64,000 nt of DNA from NCBI GenBank assembly GCA_947494435.1, contig CANLUY010000004.1:8106-72105 (forward strand). The letters run 5' to 3'. A program made the translations under genes and the position numbers. This stretch comes from an uncultured Litoreibacter sp. (GTDB lineage Bacteria > Pseudomonadota > Alphaproteobacteria > Rhodobacterales > Rhodobacteraceae). The notes beneath the pieces were generated by a model that was not told the DNA's origin, did no database searches, and saw only the letters and a program-made list of their open reading frames with translations. Position 1 is the stretch's first letter. Every line of letters starts with the position of its first letter. Below, piece by piece: positions 8,965-17,895 of the stretch.

Positions 8965-10105
8965 GACACGCAGCCCAAAAGAGATCGAACGCGAGATTGA
9001 AGAGCAGCGATCGGATCTAACCTCCAATCTGGAGGATTTGCAGGATAAGTTCTCCCTCGACACAGTCGTACGTCAAATCAGTGACCAGTTCCGCGAACAC
9101 GGTGGCGATATGGGGCGCTCGATCTCCAATCAGGTGAAAGCCAACCCAATCCCACTGGCATTGACCGGCATCGGTTTGGCATGGCTGATGTTCGGGAGTT
9201 CTCAGCGGCCCCAGTCCGAGCCGCGAACCTCTGATGCGTTCGATTACGACAGGTACAGTGACGTTGAGCGCGATTTCCAACGTGACCGCAAGGCACGCGG
9301 GCTGCCAGACACTGCGCCAACCGCATACGGCTCACCGACGTCTTCAATGCCGTCTTGGGCACAGGACGACAACTTGGACAATGGCTCAACAGTCAGTCAG
9401 AAGCTGGCCACCGGGGTGGAGACCGCAAAAACCAAGGCATCGGATGGCGTTGATGCCGCCAGAGACGGCATGGCAGCCGCAAGCGCATCTGCGCGCGATG
9501 CTGCATCTTCTGCCGGGGCAAAGATTGGAGATGCGGCCACTTCTGTGAAGTCTGCTGTTGGGACAGCCTCGCAATCTGCGAAGGAAAGCTTGTCTTCTGC
9601 TGGCAACCGCATCGCAGAGGGGACTGAAGCCCTGACCGAAGAGGGTCGGCAACGCGTCATTGCAGCGCGCCAAAAGGCATTGGCGTTGCGCCGCTCGGCC
9701 GCACGGTCAGTTAACGAGGGAACGGATGCCGCTGCTGACTTCTATGATCGGCAGCCGCTTGTCGTTGGCGCGCTCGCTCTGGCAGTCGGTGCGGCCCTGG
9801 GCGGTGCGTTACCTCGCACCAAGAGAGAGGACGATCTGATGGGATCTCAGAGTGACAACCTGTTCGATCAGGCTGAGCGCATCTTTGAGGAAGAGAAGGC
9901 CAAAGCGCTTTCTGTGGCCGGCACTGTAAAAGATGAAGTCAAGGACATTGCAGCTGAGACACGGGCCGACTTGGACAGTGGTGCGCCCAGTGACAAGTCT
10001 GCGGTTGAGGCAATTGGCGATATGGCCAAAGACACAGCAACGCGCGTGTCAGACAAAGCAAAGTCAGAGGCCCAGGAAAAAAATCTTGGCAAGCCAAGCC
10101 CCTGA
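8954..10105 (+). CDS. DUF3618-domain protein with LEA-like Ala/Ser/Lys-rich repeats
   Basis: RSPKEIEREIEEQRSDL N-terminus, ANPIPLALTGIGLAWLM, QPLVVGALALAVGAALG, LPRTKRED. Confidence 0.8.
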   Translation: MTNETRSPKEIEREIEEQRSDLTSNLEDLQDKFSLDTVVRQISDQFREHGGDMGRSISNQVKANPIPLALTGIGLAWLMFGSSQRPQSEPRTSDAFDYDRYSDVERDFQRDRKARGLPDTAPTAYGSPTSSMPSWAQDDNLDNGSTVSQKLATGVETAKTKASDGVDAARDGMAAASASARDAASSAGAKIGDAATSVKSAVGTASQSAKESLSSAGNRIAEGTEALTEEGRQRVIAARQKALALRRSAARSVNEGTDAAADFYDRQPLVVGALALAVGAALGGALPRTKREDDLMGSQSDNLFDQAERIFEEEKAKALSVAGTVKDEVKDIAAETRADLDSGAPSDKSAVEAIGDMAKDTATRVSDKAKSEAQEKNLGKPSP

Positions 10106-10112
10106 ACCGAGC

Positions 10113-10146
10113 GGGAGGGAACGACCAGTCCCCTCCCCCTTTTCTT
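10113..10146 (+). terminator. Possible intrinsic terminator
   Basis: GGGAGGG...CCCTCCC stem then T-rich run after the DUF3618 stop. Confidence 0.5.
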
Positions 10147-10170
10147 GTCTCTGATGTCTGAGGATAAGCC

Positions 10171-11115
10171 ATGTCACGTGGACGCAACGCCGAGACCCCG
10201 ACTGATATCCCGGCGCCCGGCTGGAAAGACATCGCCTTTCGCGTGAAGGACGAGATCGCCGCTGACCGGGTTGGCCTGATCGCTGCGGGTGTGGCTTTCT
10301 ATGGGTTATTGGCGCTCTTCCCTGCCATCACGGCCCTTATCGCGATCAGTGGTCTGCTGGTCGAACCGAGCCAAATCGTCGACCAGTTGGAAAGTCTTTC
10401 AGGACTTATGCCAGAGGAAGTAATTGCAATCGTGACAACCCAAGCGACGTCAGTGGCTGGGTCACGCGAAGGCGGCCTTGGTCTGGCTGCAGTGTTTGGG
10501 ATCTTGATCGCGCTCTATTCTGCATCGAAAGGAATGGCGAGCCTTATTGACGGGACCAACGTCGCATATGATGAGGAAGAAAAGCGCGGCTTTATCCGGC
10601 TCAAACTGGTTACTTTTGGACTAACGCTCTTTCTTATGGTCGGGCTGCTGATCGCGCTGATGGCAACGCTTGGGCTGCCTACGCTTCTCACTATTTTCGA
10701 ACTTGGTTTTGTGTTTGAGTTCCTGATGACGGCCGGTCTTTGGGTCGGGCTTTTTTGTCTGACCGTGTGTGGGCTATCCGTCCTCTATCGCTATGCACCA
10801 TCGCGTGCTGCGCCAGAATGGACATGGGCCTCTCCGGGAGCTGTTGTTGCGTGCCTTATCTGGGTGATCGCGTCAGCGGGTTTCGCGTTCTACGTTGGCA
10901 ACTTTGGATCCTACAATGAAAGTTTCGGAACGCTAGCCGGCGTGATCGTCCTCCTGATGTGGTTTTGGATTTCGTCCTTCATTATCCTTCTGGGAGCAGA
11001 ACTGAATGCGGAAATTGAGGCTCAGACCCGGGTCGATACGACGATTGGTCCAGATGAACCCATGGGGTCGCGCAATGCAGTGAAAGCCGATACCCTCGGC
11101 GCGACAAAGACATAG
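10171..11115 (+). CDS. YihY/virulence factor BrkB family inner membrane protein
   Basis: AAGVAFYGLLALFP, LYRYAP, YVGNFGSYNESFGTLAGVIVLLMWFW, GAELNA motifs. Confidence 0.9.
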   Translation: MSRGRNAETPTDIPAPGWKDIAFRVKDEIAADRVGLIAAGVAFYGLLALFPAITALIAISGLLVEPSQIVDQLESLSGLMPEEVIAIVTTQATSVAGSREGGLGLAAVFGILIALYSASKGMASLIDGTNVAYDEEEKRGFIRLKLVTFGLTLFLMVGLLIALMATLGLPTLLTIFELGFVFEFLMTAGLWVGLFCLTVCGLSVLYRYAPSRAAPEWTWASPGAVVACLIWVIASAGFAFYVGNFGSYNESFGTLAGVIVLLMWFWISSFIILLGAELNAEIEAQTRVDTTIGPDEPMGSRNAVKADTLGATKT

Positions 11116-11133
11116 TGAACTGAGGAATATTTA

Positions 11134-12108
11134 TTGCTGAATTGGATATTTTGGGGTGTCACACTCGCCGTTGTCCTGACAACGCTCCTGCCGTTGACGA
11201 ATAGCGTCGTCTGGTGGGTACGCATGTGGGACTTCCCCCGCCTGCACATCGCTGGCATCGCATTGTTGGCACTTCTGGCAAGTACGATGTTTGCGATTCA
11301 CCTGAAGCCAGTTCTTGCGACTACCTTAGCGAGCGTTCTCATTTACCAAAGTCTGCTGATTTTCCCATACACCCCGCTTGCGCGTACCGAGATCGACCTG
11401 ACGACCGCGCAAAACGCATCCGATACGTTTTACTTGTTGTCCGTCAATCTGTTGATGGAGAATTCGCGACATGAAGACTTGATCGCGATCATCGAGCGTG
11501 AAGACCCAGACGTCTTGCTTTTGATGGAAACCGATGAAATTTGGAATGACGCTCTGTCAGGGGTTCTCAGCCAGTATCCTACGATAAAGTCTCACATTGC
11601 ATCTGATCATTATGGACTGATTTTCGCCACAAGGTTGCAGACAGCAAAAGCTGATCTGCTTTGGCCAGCCGCCGACGACACACCCGCCATACGCGCTGTG
11701 CTGACTTCTCCAAATGGAACACAGTTTAACTTCATCGGCCTGCATCCGCGCCCTCCTGTCCCTGGCAACACAACAGCTGTGCGGGACAAACAGATCAAGG
11801 ACGCAGCCTTGATGACCCAATCATCCGAAAGACCTACTATCGTCATGGGCGATTTTAATGACGTGGCCTGGTCTTGGACGACACGAAGGTTCAAACGCTT
11901 CGGCAATCTGCTTGAACCGCGCGTCGGACGCGGGATGATCTCAAGCTTTGATGCGCGCTACTGGTTTATGCGGCTTCCGATTGACCAAATTTTTGTGACA
12001 GAAAATGTTGGGTTGGTGTCCTTCAGCCGACTGGAAAGCTTCGGATCCGATCACTTTCCGATGGCTGCGACAGTTTACATCAATGATGGGCGTTTGAGTG
12101 ATGGATAG
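11134..12108 (+). CDS. Membrane-anchored endonuclease/exonuclease/phosphatase (EEP) family protein
   Basis: N-terminal TMs, LSVN, PDVLLLME, LHPRPP, MGDFND, PIDQIF, GSDHFP motifs. Confidence 0.85.
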   Translation: MLNWIFWGVTLAVVLTTLLPLTNSVVWWVRMWDFPRLHIAGIALLALLASTMFAIHLKPVLATTLASVLIYQSLLIFPYTPLARTEIDLTTAQNASDTFYLLSVNLLMENSRHEDLIAIIEREDPDVLLLMETDEIWNDALSGVLSQYPTIKSHIASDHYGLIFATRLQTAKADLLWPAADDTPAIRAVLTSPNGTQFNFIGLHPRPPVPGNTTAVRDKQIKDAALMTQSSERPTIVMGDFNDVAWSWTTRRFKRFGNLLEPRVGRGMISSFDARYWFMRLPIDQIFVTENVGLVSFSRLESFGSDHFPMAATVYINDGRLSDG

Positions 12109-13237
12109 CGAAGAAAATCAGTCCGTGGTCGCGGAGTGCGACATCAGTCAAAAAGACGCTTTGTTGACGCGGCTTGAAGTGCCGGTTTTTGGCATCTTTT
12201 GCCTTCTCCTTTTGCAAGCAATGGTTTGGGCCAGCGACTTCTTGATACCGGTCACCGCCGCTTGTCTGGGATATTTTGTTTTAAACAAACCACGCCGCTT
12301 GTTAGCCAAGGTGGGCGTAGCGCCAGTCTTTTCAGCAGCTATTTTTACGGCGATGGTGACAGCCTTGATTGTGTTTCTACTGGTGCAACTGAGTGCGCCA
12401 ACAGCACAATTCATCGAAGACCTTCCTTCCCTCATGGACGAAATAAAGGAAAAATTATCTGCAGCAGGCGGCACGCTGGAGGCGATTAAAGATGCCACAG
12501 TCGCCGCGGAAGAGATCATCGAAGATCAAGACGCCGAAACTGTGGAGGTTGAGGTCGTTTCAAACACCGGGATAGCGGCAACGATTTTCAGTATGGCACC
12601 CGGCTTTCTCAGCCGTATTCTTTTTGCACTGATCTTGTTGTTCTTTTTGATTGCATCCGGTGACATGTTCTTGACCAAGACCGTCCAGAGCTTTGATCGC
12701 TTTGCTGACAAAAGGCGCGCGGTTGAAGTCGTGCACTCGATAGAAGAGAGACTCGGATACTATCTGGGCGGCATATCTCTTATCAATGCCGGGCTTGGCG
12801 TCGCAGTAGCCATCGCGATGTACATATGGGGGCTGCCGAGCCCAATTCTCTTCGGGTTCATGGCCTTTGGCCTCAACTTTGTCCCATTTCTTGGCGGTCT
12901 TTTGGGGGCAACTATCGCGGCGGCCATTGCATTTGTCAGTCTTGATGGAACGTGGGCAGCTGCTGGCGTGTTTGCGACTTATGTCGTCCTCACATCTATT
13001 GAAGGGCAGTTCATTACACCGCTCGTCATCTCGCGAAGGATGCGCTTAAACACAACAGTCGTTTTCTTGTTCGTTGCGTTCTTCGCATGGATTTGGTCGA
13101 TCATTGGAATGATCGTAGCGCTTCCAATCTTGATCGTGGTCAAGATCGCTTGCGACGAAACGAAATCATTGCGAACCCTAGCCCGGTTCCTCGGCGACAT
13201 GGATGATGACGCCGCCGGTACCTCTATAACAGAGTAG
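12098..13237 (+). CDS. AI-2E family transporter
   Basis: LNFVPFLG, IEGQFITPLVISRRMRLN, WIWSIIGMIVALPILIVVK motifs. Confidence 0.88.
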   Translation: MMDSEENQSVVAECDISQKDALLTRLEVPVFGIFCLLLLQAMVWASDFLIPVTAACLGYFVLNKPRRLLAKVGVAPVFSAAIFTAMVTALIVFLLVQLSAPTAQFIEDLPSLMDEIKEKLSAAGGTLEAIKDATVAAEEIIEDQDAETVEVEVVSNTGIAATIFSMAPGFLSRILFALILLFFLIASGDMFLTKTVQSFDRFADKRRAVEVVHSIEERLGYYLGGISLINAGLGVAVAIAMYIWGLPSPILFGFMAFGLNFVPFLGGLLGATIAAAIAFVSLDGTWAAAGVFATYVVLTSIEGQFITPLVISRRMRLNTTVVFLFVAFFAWIWSIIGMIVALPILIVVKIACDETKSLRTLARFLGDMDDDAAGTSITE

Positions 13238-13275
13238 CAAATTGGCGGCGATTTGAGCCACCAGCTTACTTGAAA

Positions 13276-13530
13276 CTAAGCTTTACGTCGTACAAGGCGA
13301 GCCACGTAGATTAAGAGACACGCACCAGCAGCAGCCACGATCAGCTGGCCGATCCATCCACCAAGTGTTGTTCCGACAATCGCGATCAGCAACCAATTCA
13401 GGACCAGCGCGCCAGCGATGCCGATCAGAATATTCATCAGCAGTCCTTGATCTGACTTCATGATTTTCTCTGCAATCCAGCCTGCAAGCGCACCGATGAT
13501 CAGCGAACCGATCCAACCAATTCCAGTCAT
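13276..13530 (-). CDS. GlsB/YeaQ/YmgE family stress-response membrane protein (84 aa)
   Basis: MTGIGWIGSLIIGALAGWIAEKIMK...GLLMNILIGIAGAL; true gene is the 3' part of the 359-aa track ORF. Confidence 0.88.
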   Translation of the reverse strand: MTGIGWIGSLIIGALAGWIAEKIMKSDQGLLMNILIGIAGALVLNWLLIAIVGTTLGGWIGQLIVAAAGACLLIYVARLVRRKA

Positions 13531-14267
13531 TTGGGTAATCTTATTTTTCTGTTGAGCGCTCCTGCGGACGGCAAGGCAGCGCTCATATGTTCCATGTCTG
13601 CATCCGAACGGATAACTGCCGCCGGGGGACACCAGCGGCAGGGAAATCGTTACCCACAGCGAAGAAGGGGGAAGTCTTTTTCGCGTTGTTCTACCCGCAT
13701 TTGAGGCAGGGGTATCCCAATGCCAGCAAGGTATCATGCGCCATAGGTGTTCGTGGGGGACATTTCTTAATCTGGAATAGTATTTGCCGACTTTCTGAGC
13801 CCCGCAAATCAAAGCGACAGGATTGCTCGCTGCGTGCGCACCCAGCACTTCTGCGATTGGATTATCGTGCTGTTCTCTGCAAGCGCCGCGAAAGGCCGCT
13901 CCGTGAAGTGAGGGTAATGATACTTCTCGGTTATCGTTACTAAGCCAAGGGGGCGGCGGCTGACCGATGTTCTTTTTGCTGAAATTTAGCTGCCTCTTTG
14001 TTGAATCGGTTTGTAAGATGCAGCGAGAATGGCCCTGTGCGACGTTTGAGATCCTGCGTGGTAAATTGATTGGGAGAGCGGAATTTTGGGTAGGAGACGA
14101 GACAGTTATGCCTCGATTAACGCCAATGAGATGCGTGAATTTCAGGATCAGGTTGTGATGCCGCACTGAGTAGGCTCCAACCGGTTCCCCATGATCAAAT
14201 TGGCGTACCAAATAGATATCTGACCCAGATCGCTCGTGACAACAGTCACAATTCTCTTTGCTGTGAA

Positions 14268-14672
14268 ATGCGACTGAGCTTCGCGTTGACAATCGGAGCA
14301 GCTTTCGAGCGAAACCTACGGTTGTGGCCGGTACTGAGATCGGATGTCTCAGCAAGCAGAATTGAACAAGCCAACCGTCAGGTCTTGCTCAAGTATGTCA
14401 GCGATTTAAGAGGCTCGAGAGTTGCGGCAACGCAGGATGTATGTCTTTTGGAGCTATGGGAACTCGTCCGCGTCGCCAGGCATGGAGATGGACCAGCTGC
14501 AAAGCGGCTCAGAGCGTTGAACGCCGAGTTATGGGCTCATCAGAGTGCCGAAATGCAGGCCGTATCTGACAAAGTAGGGTTAAGAGCATCGAGCATGCGC
14601 GTTCAAGACCGAGACTTGAGCAGGTATTTTGCAGCTGTCGTGACTTTTTGGGAAGCTGTCAGTTGCGGGTGA
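14268..14672 (+). CDS. Hypothetical protein (uncertain)
   Basis: 134-aa ORF in otherwise unexplained DNA; no recognisable motif or clear RBS. Confidence 0.3.
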   Translation: MRLSFALTIGAAFERNLRLWPVLRSDVSASRIEQANRQVLLKYVSDLRGSRVAATQDVCLLELWELVRVARHGDGPAAKRLRALNAELWAHQSAEMQAVSDKVGLRASSMRVQDRDLSRYFAAVVTFWEAVSCG

Positions 14673-14720
14673 TACTCAACCAGGAGGGCGGAAGTATTGT
14701 ATAATACACCTTACAAACCG

Positions 14721-15476
14721 TCAGTAATTGACCTGTTCGAAGCCGTAGTTCCCATCGTAGTCACGCCAATCAACGAAGACCGATCGATGGTAAATGCTCG
14801 GGCAATTGTACCCCCATCGTTCAAGACCAGTATGCGCTTCGGGTAGAGCTGTTGGAGCAGATCGAGCCCATGAAAACTCTCCCTGGGTTCCGTAGGTTCC
14901 GAGGTAAACAGTTGCGGATCGGTTACAATCTCCGTCACGGCCAGACTCGTTTTGGCGTGCGTATCGGACATCATAGACGCGGATTGAGCGTACAAAGTTG
15001 AATTCGGGGCCGCTTATATCGATGTCGGCGCGGTCTTGGACCAACTGGAGCGCAAATCCTTCCGGAAGTAGGTGAGGGTTTGGTTCTGCAAGATTCACAA
15101 CGGCATTTTCAGTAGGCAGAGGTTCGACGGCGGGCGAAAAGAGCGGCCGCGGGCGATCTCGCTGATAGAACAGAATTTCGTAGAGACGACTTCGGTCATC
15201 CGATGGCATTACAGGGAGATAGGAAGTGCCCATCGGGCACCGCCAGATCTGTAGTGGCGGTTCCACGGGCCAAGGCGTGATCCGGCGGATGAATTCGGCA
15301 CGTGCGCGGGCGCATGGAACTGATGTAGGCCAGCCACCAGATAGGCACAGCAGAATTGCACAGTCGATCTGGTATGTTTGAGCCTGCACACGATTAGCGG
15401 TGCCAATGAACGAGCCGACCAATACAAGTGTGAACAAAGTTGTGTATGTTCGGATTGTGCGAAGCATTTGAAGCAT
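14721..15476 (-). CDS. Secreted protein with TrbM/KikA-like N-terminal Cys motif
   Basis: Signal peptide then IDCAILLCLSGGWPTSVPC, resembling the C..ILCL...P..C motif of TrbM/KikA. Confidence 0.6.
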   Translation of the reverse strand: MLQMLRTIRTYTTLFTLVLVGSFIGTANRVQAQTYQIDCAILLCLSGGWPTSVPCARARAEFIRRITPWPVEPPLQIWRCPMGTSYLPVMPSDDRSRLYEILFYQRDRPRPLFSPAVEPLPTENAVVNLAEPNPHLLPEGFALQLVQDRADIDISGPEFNFVRSIRVYDVRYARQNESGRDGDCNRSATVYLGTYGTQGEFSWARSAPTALPEAHTGLERWGYNCPSIYHRSVFVDWRDYDGNYGFEQVNY

Positions 15477-15511
15477 CTCAGTGGGGAGGGTGCAAACAGT
15501 ATGGCTCCGTT

Positions 15512-15539
15512 AGTATATTATTGCAACACTAGATATATC
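15512..15539. promoter_or_regulatory. Conjugation-associated AT-rich motif copy 1, overlapping a possible minus-strand TTGCAA-N17-CATACT promoter
   Basis: AGTATATTATTG...ATATATC matches sites at 25251-25277 and 47575-47601. Confidence 0.6.
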
Positions 15540-15677
15540 TTTGATCTTTGCCGCGTAAGGTTTATTATGTAAAGTGAATCAGTAATGCTGACCTAAAAAC
15601 ACTTTCAGACATGCCCTCAGATGAGTGTCATGCTTTCAATAGATGAGTTTCCGCTCAACCGGGTGATCGCACCCAAT

Positions 15678-16280
15678 TCAAAGGCATCCGTACCTACGCA
15701 GCGCGGTCCTTAGTGCATCCGCTGTCAGAAACTGATGTGCTTGAAATCCTATTTTTACGGCTGCGTCGCAGTTCGTCTTTTTGTCGTCAACGAATAGCGT
15801 TTCATTCGGGTCGAGTTCGAATGTGTCGATGGTCAATCTGTAGATTTCGGGATCAGGCTTAATCACAGCGACATCACCGGACACAATCACGCCTTCAAGT
15901 TCATCGAGGGCCGAGGCAGATACGCGTGCAGCATCAAATGCTTCGCGACATGCGTTCGTGAGACCATACATCGGGATATTGGCTTTCTTCAGGTCCAAAA
16001 TGATTGCTTCAATCTCGATCAAACTATGTGAGTGCGCCAAATCAATATGGTCGCGATATGCTTCAAAGACAAAGTAATGATCAGGGTAGTCGGCTTTTGC
16101 GATCCGCATGGCCTCGCCCCACGAGCGGCCTCGATCCAGTTCGAGGTTCCACGCTGCAAAGTTGCAGGCTTTGAGCAAGCGTAACGCCGAATCTCGCGAT
16201 CCGGTCAGGTGTGAAAGCGCGTTCTCGGGCTCCCATTTGACGACGACATTCCCGACATCGAAGACCACTGCTTTTATCAT
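15678..16280 (-). CDS. HAD-superfamily phosphatase
   Basis: AVVFDVGNVV, LTN, IKPDPEIY, FVDD motifs. Confidence 0.9.
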   Translation of the reverse strand: MIKAVVFDVGNVVVKWEPENALSHLTGSRDSALRLLKACNFAAWNLELDRGRSWGEAMRIAKADYPDHYFVFEAYRDHIDLAHSHSLIEIEAIILDLKKANIPMYGLTNACREAFDAARVSASALDELEGVIVSGDVAVIKPDPEIYRLTIDTFELDPNETLFVDDKKTNCDAAVKIGFQAHQFLTADALRTALRRYGCL

Positions 16281-16406
16281 TCTGATCCGCCTCAGTTTAG
16301 CTCATTTGAAGCTGTTTTTTCTATTTCTATGCCTGTGAAAACAAGCGGTGACGCCATGCTTATTGATGCGCTTCGCTCTGTAACATGAAGGTTTTTACAC
16401 GAGGCT

Positions 16407-16429
16407 ATTGATTAAAACAAATGATTTGC
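16407..16429. promoter_or_regulatory. Putative ROK-regulator operator
   Basis: ATTGATTAAAACAAATGATTTGC is 19/23 identical to the reverse complement of 22178-22200. Confidence 0.65.
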
Positions 16430-16566
16430 GTAAATAGAGACATCACGGCAGGATCCTGCCCTCTCCCAAGTGGGATGATGTCGTGACGGAAGGCCGATGG
16501 CGGGGGACGACCGCCGCCTTCGGGTAAATTGCGCATGAGACGCAGAAACCAACAGGAGGATGACCC

Positions 16567-17829
16567 ATGGGTCTGAAAACTACTACTTTAAGCGTATCAG
16601 CCGCTATGCTGATGACCGCGGCGTCGAGCGTTTCTGCGCAAGACGTCACACTAGACTACTGGGTGTATGCGGATTTCGCGACCGGCGCTGCCGGTGATCT
16701 TCAGGAAGCATTTATCTCGGAGTTCGAGGAAGCCAATCCAGGGGTGACCATCAACATGACAGGTCGCGCCGGTGGCGATCTGACGGCGGGCACGATTGCC
16801 GGTGCTGCCAGCGGCGACATCCCTGACATCTTCATGAACACCACCGCTGTCGGTGCGCAACTCGATCAGGCTGGCGCTCTGGCGAACATCTATCCCTACT
16901 GGTCCGCCCTGCCACAGGACGTGCGCGACCAGTTCAACCCTGAGCTGATCGACCTATGCACACCGCGTCCAGAAACGATGCTCTGCATTCCTTACACCGG
17001 CTACGGCTCGTTCATGTATCGCAATCTTGGCGTTCTGGAAGAAGCTGGGATCGACCCCGATGCACCTATCGAGACGTGGGACCAGTGGCTCGCTCAAATG
17101 GAGCAGATCGACGCTGCCGGAAAAACCGCCGTGCCTGACATGTCTCTTATCTGGTTCTCGATCCTCGCCGTCTACGCGGGTCTCGTTGACGAAAGCGCAT
17201 GGGGCATCGACTGGGAAACCAAAACGACACTGATTCAGCCGGAACCCTATGCCCGTGCGCTTGAAGTGATCGCACAGATGGAGCCCTACTCCAGCGGAAC
17301 ATCGCTCTGGGATCAGGCCACCAACGACCTTTTCACCAGTGGTGAGCTGGCCTTTTCCCTGAACGGCCCTTGGGCGAACCCAGGCTACGAGAAGGCCGCA
17401 GAAGCCAACTCCGACTTCCGTTATGACTGGGTTTTGGTTCCTGGACCCGAAGCTGGTTCTTCAGGCGGAGTTCAAGGTTATGAAATGATTGGGATTGCGC
17501 CGGGCGAGAATGCAGAGATTGCCTTCAACTTCGTCATGCACGTCGTCGAGAAAGAACAAATGGTTCGCTGGGCCAGCGAGCTTGGTCGCTATAACTCGAA
17601 CCAAGCTGCGCTGGATGCTGTCGGCGAAAACTCTCTTCTTGAGATCACGGCCGCTGCCATTCCAGGTTCGCTCTATAACCGCCCTCCATTCTTCGAAGGC
17701 GTCTATCCTGCTGATTACTACCAGACGATGGTGGATTTCGCGCAAGAGGTCGTCGGCGGTGATATGACTGCGGAAGAAGCCGCCGCCGCGACGGTCGAAG
17801 CCCTAAACGAATTGCTGCAAGACGGCTAA
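16567..17829 (+). CDS. Carbohydrate ABC transporter substrate-binding protein (CUT1)
   Basis: Signal peptide, FEEANPGVTI, PDIF, LMYRN-like and NGPW motifs; heads the ABC operon. Confidence 0.9.
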   Translation: MGLKTTTLSVSAAMLMTAASSVSAQDVTLDYWVYADFATGAAGDLQEAFISEFEEANPGVTINMTGRAGGDLTAGTIAGAASGDIPDIFMNTTAVGAQLDQAGALANIYPYWSALPQDVRDQFNPELIDLCTPRPETMLCIPYTGYGSFMYRNLGVLEEAGIDPDAPIETWDQWLAQMEQIDAAGKTAVPDMSLIWFSILAVYAGLVDESAWGIDWETKTTLIQPEPYARALEVIAQMEPYSSGTSLWDQATNDLFTSGELAFSLNGPWANPGYEKAAEANSDFRYDWVLVPGPEAGSSGGVQGYEMIGIAPGENAEIAFNFVMHVVEKEQMVRWASELGRYNSNQAALDAVGENSLLEITAAAIPGSLYNRPPFFEGVYPADYYQTMVDFAQEVVGGDMTAEEAAAATVEALNELLQDG

Positions 17830-17847
17830 TCTCGTTCTCTCCCCTTT

Positions 17848-17874
17848 GGGCGGCGGTTCTTCCTGCCGCCGCCC
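17848..17874 (+). other. Stem-loop after the substrate-binding gene (mRNA-stabilising or partial terminator)
   Basis: GGGCGGCGG-N9-CCGCCGCCC perfect 9-bp stem. Confidence 0.55.
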
Positions 17875-17895
17875 ATTGCTTCCAAAGGATTTCAG

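Noticed and set aside
13560-13600. EcfG-like promoter GGAAC...CGTC upstream of the GlsB-family gene
   Set aside because: Spacing is 18 nt and the -10 is imperfect; other GGAAC sites in the island also fail the consensus
13616-13780. Short frame ending SEEGGSLFRVVLPA resembling a histidine-kinase C-terminus
   Set aside because: Too short, and no H, N or G boxes in neighbouring frames
13276-14355. 359-aa ORF suggesting a GlsB fusion protein
   Set aside because: Only the last 84 aa look like a real family and have their own ATG at 13530; the upstream 275 aa are not protein-like
14711-14995. 94-aa minus-strand ORF
   Set aside because: Almost entirely overlaps the TrbM/KikA-like gene in another frame
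16447-16460. Palindrome GGCAGGATCCTGCC containing an ATCCTG/C nic-like sequence
   Set aside because: Lies in a sugar-operon leader 30 kb from the relaxase; more likely a short UTR stem or chance
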